NCBI GenBank assembly: GCA_044220955.1
Contig: JBGAQA010000003.1
Location: 1 to 64,000 of the forward strand
Reading direction: 5' to 3'
DNA length: 64,000 nt
Origin: Sandaracinaceae bacterium
GTDB taxonomy: Bacteria; Myxococcota_A; Polyangia; Polyangiales; Sandaracinaceae
Shown here: piece by piece, positions 36,856 through 46,041 of the stretch
Numbering within the stretch: the first letter of the stretch is position 1
Layout: each line of letters opens with the position of its first letter
Notes under the pieces: model-generated
What the model was told of the DNA's origin: nothing
Database searches by the model: none
Seen by the model: only the letters and a program-made list of their open reading frames with translations
Program-made: the position numbers and the translations under genes

Positions 36856-36988
36856 CGGAGATCGACCTCGGAAACGCGGCGAAGTTCCGCGTTTCGATCG
36901 ATTTCTCGAGGGTGTTACGCCCGGTGTTACGCGACAACGGCGCTCGAACGTCGTCACGCGTGACGGCCCGCGCTAACGTCCCGGCGCG

Positions 36989-37876
36989 ATGACGACGACG
37001 ACGTCCTTCACGGTCGCGGCGATCCAGTGCCCGCTCGGCGACAGCCGCGAGCGAAACGTGGAGCGCATCGTGCGACACGTGCGCGGCGCCGCGAGCGCAG
37101 GCGCGAACGTGGTGCTGCCCCCGGAGCTCTTCGAGGGCCCCTACTTCTGCCGCGAGGAGAAGGAGGCCTTCTTCTCTTGGGCGCGGTCCTTCGAGGGGAA
37201 CGAGACCATCGCGCGCTTCAGCGAGCTCGCGCGCGAGCTCGGCGTGGTGATCCCGATCTCCTTCTTCGAGAAGGCGGGGCAGGCCTACTACAACTCGCTC
37301 GCGATGATCGACGAGCGCGGCGAGGTGCTCGGCCTCTACCGCAAGAGCCACATCCCCGACGGTCCGGGCTACGAGGAGAAGTACTACTTCCGTCCCGGCG
37401 ACACCGGCTTCCGCGTGTGGAAGACGCGCTTCGCGACGATCGGCGTCGGCGTCTGCTGGGATCAATGGTACCCGGAGTGCGCGCGCGCGATGGTGCTCTC
37501 GGGCGCGGACGTCCTGCTCTACCCCACCGCGATCGGCGCCGAGCCGAACGGCGTCGACACCAAGGACCCGTGGCAGCGCGCGATGATCGGACACGCGGTC
37601 AGCAACGCCACGCCCGTCGTCGCCGCCAACCGCATCGGCAAGGAAGACTGGCAGACGTTCTACGGCAGCTCGTTCTGCTGCGACGCGCGCGGCGACAAGC
37701 TCGCCGAGCTCGGCAAGGACGAGGAAGGGCTGGCGATCGCGACGTTCGACCGGGCGCAGATCGCCGAGTACCGCGCCAGCTGGGGCTTCTTCCGCGATCG
37801 GCGCCCCGAGCTCTACGGCGCGCTCGCGACGGCCGACGGCAAGCTCGCGGTGAAGGCAGCGACGAAAGCGCGCTGA
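36989..37876 (+). CDS. aguB: N-carbamoylputrescine amidase
   Basis: PELFEGPYFC, YRKSHIPDGPGYEEKYYF, VCWDQWYPE, YPTAIG, WGFFRDRRP. Confidence 0.93.
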   Translation: MTTTTSFTVAAIQCPLGDSRERNVERIVRHVRGAASAGANVVLPPELFEGPYFCREEKEAFFSWARSFEGNETIARFSELARELGVVIPISFFEKAGQAYYNSLAMIDERGEVLGLYRKSHIPDGPGYEEKYYFRPGDTGFRVWKTRFATIGVGVCWDQWYPECARAMVLSGADVLLYPTAIGAEPNGVDTKDPWQRAMIGHAVSNATPVVAANRIGKEDWQTFYGSSFCCDARGDKLAELGKDEEGLAIATFDRAQIAEYRASWGFFRDRRPELYGALATADGKLAVKAATKAR

Positions 37877-37910
37877 TCCTGTAGCGTCGTGGGTCTTCGA
37901 GGTGACGCCC

Positions 37911-40544
37911 ATGACGCAGAACGCCCGTCGCGCCGCGCTCTTCGCTTCGCTCGTCCTGGCGTGCAGCTCGCCCCCCGTAGCGCCCGACGACACCGGCACG
38001 GCGCTCGACGGGTCGACCGACGCCAACGACGTCGACGCGCCGACCTGCTCGGCGCCCGATCCGTTCCCGGTCGGCGGCGAGGGCCACGCGATGCCGCTCG
38101 CCGCAGCCGCGCACGAGGCGCGCGCGGGCCGTATCCACGCGGGTGACCTGCCCGCGGACCCCTCGCACCTGCAGACGTGGCGCGAGGGCGACTACGTGCT
38201 CGCGAACGATCGCATCGCGTTCGTCGTCTCGCAGCCGGGTAACCAGGAGGTCTACGATCCCTACGGCGGTCGCGTCCGCGGCATCGCGCGGATCGATCAC
38301 GGCGCGATCGCGCACGCCGCCGACTTCAACCTCGCGATGCTGGGCCTGAGCCGCTTCGTGCTCGCCACGGACTCCGTGTCCGTGCTCAACGACGGCAGCG
38401 ATGGCCAGCCCGCGATCGTGCGCGTGCGCGGACCGCTCGTCGGGATCCAGGCGCTCGGCCCGCTGCTCGAGGGACTGATCCCGACCGACCTCATGGACTG
38501 GCCCGCCGTGCTCGACTACGTGCTGGCGCCGGACGCCGACGCGATCGACGTACGCCTCACCGTGCGGCGCGGCCCGGGACGTGCGACGCGCGTGATGTTC
38601 GGGACCGCCGCGTTCTTCCAGTCGTTCCGCATGCCGAGCTGGTCGGAGACTGGCGGCTTCGTGCCCCCGACCGGCTCGCCCAGGTTCGTCGCGTTCGAAG
38701 ACGCCGACGCGACCAGCTACGCGTGGGCCGCCGCACCACTCGACGACGGCTCACCGGGCGTCGTGCAACCGTTCTACTCGACGGGCGGCTTCGACTTCTA
38801 CACGTCACCGGGCGCGGTCGCGCAGGCGTGCGCCGACCACACGTTCGAGCTCGGTCGCTTCGTGATCGGCGACACGGACGGTCTGAACGGCGTGCAGCGG
38901 ACGCTCTGGCGCGAGCTGGGGGACACGACCCGTGCGGTCACCGGCACGCTGACCAGCTCCGATCCGATGGCGATCGCCGGTGCGCACGTCCACGTGACGA
39001 CCGCCGGCTCGGACCCGGCGATGGTCACGCACCTCACGCGCGCCACGGTCGGGCCGAGCGGCGCCTTCGATCTCGTCGTCCCGACGAGCGCGGCGTCGGT
39101 GTGGGTCTGGCGCGAGGGTGTGCCGCTCGAGGGCCCCTTCGCGATCCCGGCGAGCGGCCCCATGACGATCCCGATCACCGAGCTGGCGACGATCTCGATC
39201 GACGCGACCGACGCCGCGAGCACGACGCCCATCCCCGCGCGCGTTCACCTGTTCCCCGTGGGGAGCACGCCCCCCGTCGCCCCGGACGCGTTCGGCGAGC
39301 GCTCGCTCGGCCGAGGACGCAGCCGCATGGAGTTCGCGCCCGTGAGCGGCCACGTCGAGCTCCGTGTCGCGCCGGGCACGTATCGCCTCGTGGTCGCGCA
39401 CGGCTGGGAGATGAACGTCCACGACCAGATGCTGACGCTGGCCGCGGGGGACACCCGCACGGTCGCCGCCGCGCTCACGCGTGCGCTCGACACACCCGGC
39501 GTGATGTGCGCCGACTATCACATCCACACGACGCGCTCGGTGGACAGCGAGGACTCGGGCGCGCTGAAGGTCTCGGCGCTCGCGGCCGACGGCCTCGAGA
39601 TCGCGATCCGCTCCGACCACGAGTGGGTGAACGACTTCGCGCCCACGGTGACCGAGCTGGGCCTCGACGACTTCGTGGTCGGTCTGGCCGGCGAGGAGCT
39701 GACGACGTTCACGTACGGACACTTCGGCGTGTTCCCCCTCGTGCCGGACTTCGCGCGCCCGAGCGGCGGCGCCGTCACGTGGTTCGACCGATTCGCTCCG
39801 GACGTGTTCGACGAGGTCCGTGGCCGCCCCGAGTCCCCGCTGCTCATCATCAACCACCCGCGCGCGAACGGGATCCGGCAGGGCTATTTCCGCGAGACGG
39901 GCTACGACCCGGCGACGGGCATGGTCACGCACCCCGAGAACTGGGACACCGACTTCGACGTCGTCGAGGTCATCAACTCGTCGAGCTTCGAGAGCAACCG
40001 GGACGGGACGGTCGTCGACTGGTTCTCCCTGCTTCGAGCGGGCCGCCACGTGATGATGGTCGGCTCGTCCGACAGCCACCACACGCACGGCGATCCCGTC
40101 GGCTACCCGCGTACGTGCCTGTGGATCGGCACCGACGACATCCACGCGGTCACGGGCGACATGGTGCGCGACGTGACGCGCGCCGGGGCCTCGTTCGTCA
40201 TGGGCGGGATCTACCTCGACGTGATGGGCCCCTCCGGCACGCGCCCCGGCGCCACGGCGAGCGGCGCGGGGATGCGCGCGCAGATCCACGTGACCGTCAG
40301 CGCGCCGCCGTTCGTCGACGTCGACAGCCTCGAGGTGATCGTCGACGGCACGACCACCGAGACGCTGCCGATCGCGGCGCCGATCGATCCGACGAACCCC
40401 GTCCGCTTCGACGACGTCGTCGAGGTCGACGTGGCCGCCGCCGGCTCGTTCGTCGTCCTGCACGCCTCGGGCGCGGACACGCCCGACATCGCGTACGGCG
40501 ATCAGCCCTTCGCGGTGTCGAACCCCATCTTCCTCACGCGCTGA
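37911..40544 (+). CDS. CehA/McbA family PHP-domain metallohydrolase lipoprotein
   Basis: Lipobox VLAC; ADYHIHT, RSDH, GEELT..GHF, INHPR, GSSDSH, AVSNPIF. Confidence 0.85.
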   Translation: MTQNARRAALFASLVLACSSPPVAPDDTGTALDGSTDANDVDAPTCSAPDPFPVGGEGHAMPLAAAAHEARAGRIHAGDLPADPSHLQTWREGDYVLANDRIAFVVSQPGNQEVYDPYGGRVRGIARIDHGAIAHAADFNLAMLGLSRFVLATDSVSVLNDGSDGQPAIVRVRGPLVGIQALGPLLEGLIPTDLMDWPAVLDYVLAPDADAIDVRLTVRRGPGRATRVMFGTAAFFQSFRMPSWSETGGFVPPTGSPRFVAFEDADATSYAWAAAPLDDGSPGVVQPFYSTGGFDFYTSPGAVAQACADHTFELGRFVIGDTDGLNGVQRTLWRELGDTTRAVTGTLTSSDPMAIAGAHVHVTTAGSDPAMVTHLTRATVGPSGAFDLVVPTSAASVWVWREGVPLEGPFAIPASGPMTIPITELATISIDATDAASTTPIPARVHLFPVGSTPPVAPDAFGERSLGRGRSRMEFAPVSGHVELRVAPGTYRLVVAHGWEMNVHDQMLTLAAGDTRTVAAALTRALDTPGVMCADYHIHTTRSVDSEDSGALKVSALAADGLEIAIRSDHEWVNDFAPTVTELGLDDFVVGLAGEELTTFTYGHFGVFPLVPDFARPSGGAVTWFDRFAPDVFDEVRGRPESPLLIINHPRANGIRQGYFRETGYDPATGMVTHPENWDTDFDVVEVINSSSFESNRDGTVVDWFSLLRAGRHVMMVGSSDSHHTHGDPVGYPRTCLWIGTDDIHAVTGDMVRDVTRAGASFVMGGIYLDVMGPSGTRPGATASGAGMRAQIHVTVSAPPFVDVDSLEVIVDGTTTETLPIAAPIDPTNPVRFDDVVEVDVAAAGSFVVLHASGADTPDIAYGDQPFAVSNPIFLTR

Positions 40545-41573
40545 TCAGGGAAGCCTGAGCAGGACGAGCTGGCCCTTCTCGTCGGCGGCCACCGCCATCG
40601 CGCCGTCGTCCCGGAAGGCGACGTGTGCGACGGGGGCGCTCATCGCGTGCTGGACGACCGGCGTCTCGCTGCGCTGCGGCCGCCAGACGCACACGAGTCC
40701 GTCGCGCCCACCGCTGAGGAGCCGGTGATCGCTCGGCGCGGTCACGAGGGTCGTGACGAGCTTCGTGTGCGCCTTGAGCAGGATCGGCGTCGTGCCCTCG
40801 GGACCGCGGCCGCGGAAGCTCCAGACGACGATCTCTTCGCCGCCGCCCGTGGCGAGCGTGGTGCCGTCGTGGCTCCACGCGATCGCCTTCGGCTTGGCGG
40901 GGTAGCCGCCCATCATCGAGTCGTCGCCCGTCTCGAGCCGCCAGAAGTGCACCGCGTTGTCCTGGCAGCCGGCCGCGATGAAGCGGTCCTTGGGCTGCCA
41001 CGCGACCGAGACGATGGACGTCTTCCAGGCGAGCTCGCGATCCCTGGTGCCGTCGCGCTTCCACAGGTCGAGCCCGCCGTAGCGCGCGACGGCGAGCAAG
41101 CTCGCGTCGGGGCTGAAGGCGAGGCCGCCTACGGTGCTGGGGTGCGGCCCGAGCTTCGCGAGGAGCGCGCCGCCCTCGCCGTACCAGCGAACATGCTTGC
41201 CGGCCCCGATCGCGATGGTGCGGTCGGAGGCGATCGCGACCTGCTCGACCCACTCCGCGTCCGCGTCGAGCCTGCGCGTGACCTCGCCGGTCGCGACGTC
41301 GACCACGCACGCTGCGCCGTCCATGCCGCCCGTCACGGCGCGCGCGCCGTCACACGCCATCGTCAGCGCGCCGGCCTCGTGCACGGCGATCGTCTTGCGC
41401 GGCTCGCCGGTCGCCGCATCGAGCACGAGGACCGAGCCCGCGCCCGTCGCGACCACGAGCGCCTCGCCGCGCAGCGCGTAGGCGAGCCCGACGGGGTGAT
41501 CACCGAGCTCGCGCGTCCAGACCGGCCCGGCCTTGGGCGACGCCTTGCCCACCAGCTTGTCGAAGAAGCCCAT
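40545..41573 (-). CDS. WD40 repeat beta-propeller protein
   Basis: Repeats TGGMDG, LAFSPD, AGCQDNAVHFW, MGGYPAK, LATGG, LSGGRDG; ATG 41573. Confidence 0.9.
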   Translation of the reverse strand: MGFFDKLVGKASPKAGPVWTRELGDHPVGLAYALRGEALVVATGAGSVLVLDAATGEPRKTIAVHEAGALTMACDGARAVTGGMDGAACVVDVATGEVTRRLDADAEWVEQVAIASDRTIAIGAGKHVRWYGEGGALLAKLGPHPSTVGGLAFSPDASLLAVARYGGLDLWKRDGTRDRELAWKTSIVSVAWQPKDRFIAAGCQDNAVHFWRLETGDDSMMGGYPAKPKAIAWSHDGTTLATGGGEEIVVWSFRGRGPEGTTPILLKAHTKLVTTLVTAPSDHRLLSGGRDGLVCVWRPQRSETPVVQHAMSAPVAHVAFRDDGAMAVAADEKGQLVLLRLP

Positions 41574-41575
41574 CG

Positions 41576-43009
41576 TCACTTCGCGCAGGAGAGGAACCCG
41601 CGCTCGAGCTCCGCGCGGTCGAGATCCTTGCCGATGAACACGAGCTGCGAGACCCGCTTCTCGTTCGGCTTCCACGCCTGATCCGACTTCGTGTCGAGCA
41701 GCATGTGCACGCCCTGCAGCACGTAGCGCTGGTTCGTGCCGTCGAACGCGATGATGCCCTTGGTGCGATAGAGATCGGCGCCCTTGGTCTGCAAGAGGCC
41801 CGAGAGCCACTCGTTGAGCTTGCGGCCGTCCATCGGTCGATCGGTCGAGAGCCCGACCGAGCGCACCGACTCCTCGTGCACGTGCCCCTCGGCCCAGCCG
41901 CGCTCGAGCGCAGCGCGCAGCGGCTCGCCGTTCACCAGTACGCGCGCGCCGAGCTCCTCGGGCGCGTGCTCGAGGAAGAGCGCGTAGAGCCCCTTGCCCG
42001 GCACCCCGAGGGGATAGCGGACCGCGTCGCCGACGAGGTCGGCGCAGGCGTGCACGCCCGGGGCGATCGGCGCCGCGACGCTCGCGTGCGTCGTGTCCGC
42101 CGCGAACACGCGGACCGCCTGCTCGGCGGCGTCGCGCAGGGCCACGTCGTCGGCACGTGGAACGGGGAGCAGCACCAGCTCCATGTGGTGATCGTGATCG
42201 TGATGATGAGCGTGGTCGTCGTGGTCGTGGTCGTGGTCGTGGTCGTCGTGGTCGTCGTGGTCGTGGTCGTGGTCGTGGTCGTCGTGGTGCTCGTGCCCCA
42301 GCTCGAGCTCGATCTTCCCGTCCGGCAGCGCGAACACGCCCGTCCACTCGAAGGGGTACTCCGGCGCGAGGAACGTCGGGCGGATCGACAGCGCCCGCTC
42401 CAGATCGAACCCGCCGACGTCGAGCGCCTTCTCGATCGGGATCGCGCACTGCGTCGTCCGCGTGATCTTCGCCAGCGCGTTGATCGAGCGCACGCGCTCC
42501 TCGACGCGGTCGAGCTCCGCCTCGCTCACGAGATCGCTCTTGTTGAGCACCACGTGGTCTGCGAAGGCGATCTGCTCGCGGCACTCGCTCGACTCGTCGA
42601 TGTGCAGGCTCACGTGCTTGGCGTCGACGACCGTCAGGATCCCGTCGAGCCGGAACTGGTCCTTGGTCTCGTCGTCCATGAAGAACGTCTGGGCGACCGG
42701 CCCGGGGTCGGCCATGCCCGTGGTCTCGACCAGGATGTGGTCGAACTTGTCGCGCCGCTTCATCAGGTTGCCGAGGATGCGGATGAGGTCGCCGCGCACG
42801 GTGCAGCAGATGCACCCGTTGTTCATCTCGAAGATCTCCTCGTCGCTCTTCACGACGAGCCCCTGATCGATACCGATCTCGCCGAACTCGTTCTCGATCA
42901 CCGCGATCCGCTTGCCGTGCGGCTCGGTGAGGATGCGGTTGAGAAGCGTCGTCTTGCCGGCGCCGAGGAAGCCGGTGAGGACCGTGACCGGGATCTTCTG
43001 CTCGCTCAT
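41576..43009 (-). CDS. COG0523/CobW family metallochaperone GTPase with His/Asp-rich insertion
   Basis: [26 protein letters not shown] (CxCC), [12 protein letters not shown], CobW_C YRTKG..QGVH..LVFIG. Confidence 0.95.
   Translation of the reverse strand: MSEQKIPVTVLTGFLGAGKTTLLNRILTEPHGKRIAVIENEFGEIGIDQGLVVKSDEEIFEMNNGCICCTVRGDLIRILGNLMKRRDKFDHILVETTGMADPGPVAQTFFMDDETKDQFRLDGILTVVDAKHVSLHIDESSECREQIAFADHVVLNKSDLVSEAELDRVEERVRSINALAKITRTTQCAIPIEKALDVGGFDLERALSIRPTFLAPEYPFEWTGVFALPDGKIELELGHEHHDDHDHDHDHDDHDDHDHDHDHDDHAHHHDHDHHMELVLLPVPRADDVALRDAAEQAVRVFAADTTHASVAAPIAPGVHACADLVGDAVRYPLGVPGKGLYALFLEHAPEELGARVLVNGEPLRAALERGWAEGHVHEESVRSVGLSTDRPMDGRKLNEWLSGLLQTKGADLYRTKGIIAFDGTNQRYVLQGVHMLLDTKSDQAWKPNEKRVSQLVFIGKDLDRAELERGFLSCAK
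42185..42295. repeat. (GTGGTC)n-type coding repeat encoding a 37-aa His/Asp tract
   Basis: [37 protein letters not shown] (19 His). Confidence 0.92.
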
Positions 43010-43046
43010 GGAGCGGCTTCTTGGGGGGCAGACTCGGGATCGTCAA

Positions 43047-44765
43047 TCAGCGGCCGAGGCCGGCCGACCACTCCAGCATGGCCTGCGCGGCCTGCCGGCG
43101 CGCGCCCCAGCTGGCCGCCGGAACGGAGGCCTCGAGGCCCGCGGCGAACGCCAGCGCGTGATCGCGGCGCGCCTCGATCGCGGGGTCACCGCTCGCGAGC
43201 TGGCTCGCGACGTCGGCGTGCGCGCGGAGCGCCCGCGCCGCCGCACCCGCGTCCCCGTTCTCGACGGCGCCCGCCGCCGCCACGAGCGCGCTCGAGAGAT
43301 CTGCGTCGAGCGACGCTGCGAGCCCGCCGGCGGGAATCGGCAGCGGGGCCGAGCGCACCGCGAGCGCGCGCTCCCCCTCGAAGGGGCCGCCGGCGACGGT
43401 CGCTCGGGCCGTGCACGACACCACCGCGCCAGGCGCGGCGAGCTGGATCGGCAAGACGAGCGTCCGCGTCTCACTCGCCGCGATCGTGCCCATCCGGATC
43501 GTGACCCGTGTCCCGCGGACCTCGACGCCCGCGTCCAAGGCTTGCAGATCGATACCCGCGGCCAGGCCCACGCCGGGCGCGAGCTGGAGCTCGAACGCGA
43601 TGTCGCGCGCGACGACGTTCGTGTGGAGCTCGAGCTCCGCCTCGAGGAGCGCGCCGAGCTCGTGGGCGGTCGGGGCGATGCGGAAGTCGCCACCCCCGCG
43701 CCGCGCGATCGCGCCGAGGATGCCTGCGTGGAACTCGCTTCCGAGCCCGATGGTGACGGTCGTCGCGCCCGTGCGCACCCGCGCCTCGGCCGCCAGCGCG
43801 CCGAGCTCGCGCGGCGTCGCGAAGCCGCCCTCGGGAACCCCATCCGAGAGGAGGAGCACGATCGATCCGCCGCTCGGCGCAAGGGTCGCGTACGCCGCGC
43901 GAAGGCCGGCCTCGATGTTCGTGCGTCCCTCGCACGAGAGCCCGAGGATCGCCGCACGCGCCGCCGCGCCGTCTCCGACGAGCGCGGGCGCGAGCGCGAT
44001 GCGCGCGTCGGTCGCGTACGCGACGATCACGAGCTCGTCCTCGGGACGGAGGCGCCCGACCAGCGCGAGCGCCGCCTCGCGCACCTCGTCCCAGCGCCGC
44101 GCCATCGACGTGCTCGTGTCGATCACGAGGTGCACGCGGACGGGCGTCGGGGCCCGCCCCGGGGGTCCGCCCAGCGCGCGCACGACAATCGCGCTCTCCC
44201 CACCGCCAGCGCCGAGCGCATCGTGGGCGAGCGCAGCCTCGAGCCGCACGCCGTCGCTCGACGCGACCAGGGAGTCGCCGCCCAGCGAGAGCGACGAGAG
44301 CGAGCCGAGGAGCGAGAGCGCCGCGACGGTGTCGTCGTGTCCGGTGCCCCCGGCGACTCGGACGACGCCACCCCCGACGCCATCGGTCGTGACGACCTCG
44401 CGCGTGCTGCACGCCCCGCACGACACGTGGATGCCGGGACCGACGAGGCCGGCCAGCCCGGTGCCGTTGCCGTTCACCGGCGCGGCGGCTGCGAGCCGGG
44501 GCACGGAGCAAGACGTGTCCACGGCGAGCGGGACACCCGGGAGCACGACTCCAGCTCCGCTCCAGCCGTTCTGAGCCGTCCACGAGCCGCTCGCCGTGCC
44601 CGTCACGACCGTCCCGAGGACGATCGCCCCGTCCGACTCCGCCTCACCCACGACCACCGTTGGCGCCCCGAGCCCCACCGCACCCGGGTAGTACCCGTGA
44701 TAGTAGTGACCGCACCCCGAGAGCCCGATCCCGAGGGTGAGCGCTCGCCAGACGAGACTCTTCAT
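43047..44765 (-). CDS. vWA domain lipoprotein
   Basis: MKSLVWRALTLGIGLSGC lipobox; VIDTSTSM MIDAS, GRTNIEAGL, LLSDG, TIGLG. Confidence 0.85.
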   Translation of the reverse strand: MKSLVWRALTLGIGLSGCGHYYHGYYPGAVGLGAPTVVVGEAESDGAIVLGTVVTGTASGSWTAQNGWSGAGVVLPGVPLAVDTSCSVPRLAAAAPVNGNGTGLAGLVGPGIHVSCGACSTREVVTTDGVGGGVVRVAGGTGHDDTVAALSLLGSLSSLSLGGDSLVASSDGVRLEAALAHDALGAGGGESAIVVRALGGPPGRAPTPVRVHLVIDTSTSMARRWDEVREAALALVGRLRPEDELVIVAYATDARIALAPALVGDGAAARAAILGLSCEGRTNIEAGLRAAYATLAPSGGSIVLLLSDGVPEGGFATPRELGALAAEARVRTGATTVTIGLGSEFHAGILGAIARRGGGDFRIAPTAHELGALLEAELELHTNVVARDIAFELQLAPGVGLAAGIDLQALDAGVEVRGTRVTIRMGTIAASETRTLVLPIQLAAPGAVVSCTARATVAGGPFEGERALAVRSAPLPIPAGGLAASLDADLSSALVAAAGAVENGDAGAAARALRAHADVASQLASGDPAIEARRDHALAFAAGLEASVPAASWGARRQAAQAMLEWSAGLGR

Positions 44766-44859
44766 GTCCTCGCTCCTACGCGGGATCGACGCGGTGTTTT
44801 CCCAGGGATTCACGCGTTCACGAAGATCGGGGCGCTCTGCCCCACCGACTGTGAACGCG

Positions 44860-44888
44860 TTGACACTCCCGAACCTGCGCGCTACATG
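44860..44888 (+). promoter_or_regulatory. sigma70-type promoter for tRNA-Ala
   Basis: TTGACA-N17-TACATG ending 14 nt before the tRNA. Confidence 0.65.
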
Positions 44889-44902
44889 CGGCCTCCCTTT
44901 TT

Positions 44903-44975
44903 GGGGTCGTAGCTCAGTTGGGAGAGCGCCTCGATGGCATCGAGGAGGTCAGCGGTTCGATCCCGCTCGGCTCCA
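44903..44975 (+). tRNA. tRNA-Ala (anticodon GGC), CCA not encoded
   Basis: Cloverleaf: GGGGTCG/CGGCTCC acceptor with G3:U70, D-arm GCTC/GAGC, anticodon arm CCTCG-ATGGCAT-CGAGG, T-loop TTCGATC, discriminator A. Confidence 0.97.
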
Positions 44976-45041
44976 TGGTCTCGAAGAACACGCCGCGCGC
45001 CGACTTGGCAGCCCCGGCGCGGTCCCGTAGGCTGCCGCCGG

Positions 45042-45623
45042 ATGACGCGGCTCGCGGCGGTCATGTGGATGCTGTCGATCGCGGGCGCCACGTCGAGCGC
45101 CCTCGCGCAAGCGTCCGCACCGACCCCCGCGCCGAGCCTGGTGTTCGTCTACGACGGCGGCGGCGCCCACGTCAGCGGCGACCGCTTGCGCCGGGCGCTG
45201 GCGGCGGGGCTGCATCGGCCGGTGCTGCGCCTGACCGACGAGCAGACCGACGCCTCGGGCGGACGGCTGACGATCGTGTACTCGCCGCCCGATCGCTGGG
45301 TCATCGACTTCGTCCGTGGCGATGCCCACACGACGCGAACCGTGCTGCTCCGGTCGTCGACGGTCGCGCGCCTCACGCGCGTCGCGATCAACATCATCAC
45401 GGACACCGAGCCCGTGCCCGCGCCGACCCGGACCGGCCCCGCGCCCGGCCGCGGCGAGTGGATCGCGCTGATCGGCGACGAGATCCTCGACCCCTTCGCG
45501 GGGCAGACGCCCACGCGGAGCAGGCGCTCCATCGCCCTCGTACAGGAGCTCGTCGATCCCTTCGGCGGCGCCCTCTCGGCGCGGCACACCTACGACGACG
45601 TGATCGATCCGTGGTCTCGCTGA
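45042..45623 (+). CDS. Hypothetical secreted protein
   Basis: Signal peptide ending ALA-Q; C-terminal DPF/DPF/DPW repeats. Confidence 0.7.
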   Translation: MTRLAAVMWMLSIAGATSSALAQASAPTPAPSLVFVYDGGGAHVSGDRLRRALAAGLHRPVLRLTDEQTDASGGRLTIVYSPPDRWVIDFVRGDAHTTRTVLLRSSTVARLTRVAINIITDTEPVPAPTRTGPAPGRGEWIALIGDEILDPFAGQTPTRSRRSIALVQELVDPFGGALSARHTYDDVIDPWSR

Positions 45624-45624
45624 C

Positions 45625-46041
45625 GTGACGCGCATCCTCGGCATCGGCTGTGGCTTCTTGCTCTTCGGCGGGCTCTGCATCGTCGGGCTCGGCATCCCGT
45701 GGATGATCGCGCGCACGTCGCCGGCGACCGAGGCGGCCGAGGGGTTCCTCGCGAACGTGCACGATGGCTCGTACGCGGAGGCGCTGGCGCGCATGAGCGC
45801 GAGCTATCAGTCGACGCACTCGAGCGCCCAGCTGCAGGCGAACGTGGAGAGCATCCCCGCGCTCGCGAACCACACCTTCGCGACCATCGCGAGCATCGAG
45901 ACGCACGACGACGGTCACGTCACCGTCGATGGCTCGATCTACGGCCCGGACGGCGAGTCCCCGATCGCGTTCGAGGTCTCCGAGGTCAACGACTACTGGT
46001 ACGTCGATCTCGTCGCGGTCGCGGGGCAGCCCCTTCCATGA
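45625..46041 (+). CDS. Membrane-anchored protein (DUF4864/DUF3887-like)
   Basis: N-terminal TM, AEGFLANVHDGSYAEALARMS, C-terminal beta strands WYV. Confidence 0.65.
   Translation: MTRILGIGCGFLLFGGLCIVGLGIPWMIARTSPATEAAEGFLANVHDGSYAEALARMSASYQSTHSSAQLQANVESIPALANHTFATIASIETHDDGHVTVDGSIYGPDGESPIAFEVSEVNDYWYVDLVAVAGQPLP

Noticed and set aside
42185..42295. Repeat array as CRISPR or a phase-variable tract
   Set aside because: No spacers or cas genes; units are multiples of 3 encoding a His/Asp tract.
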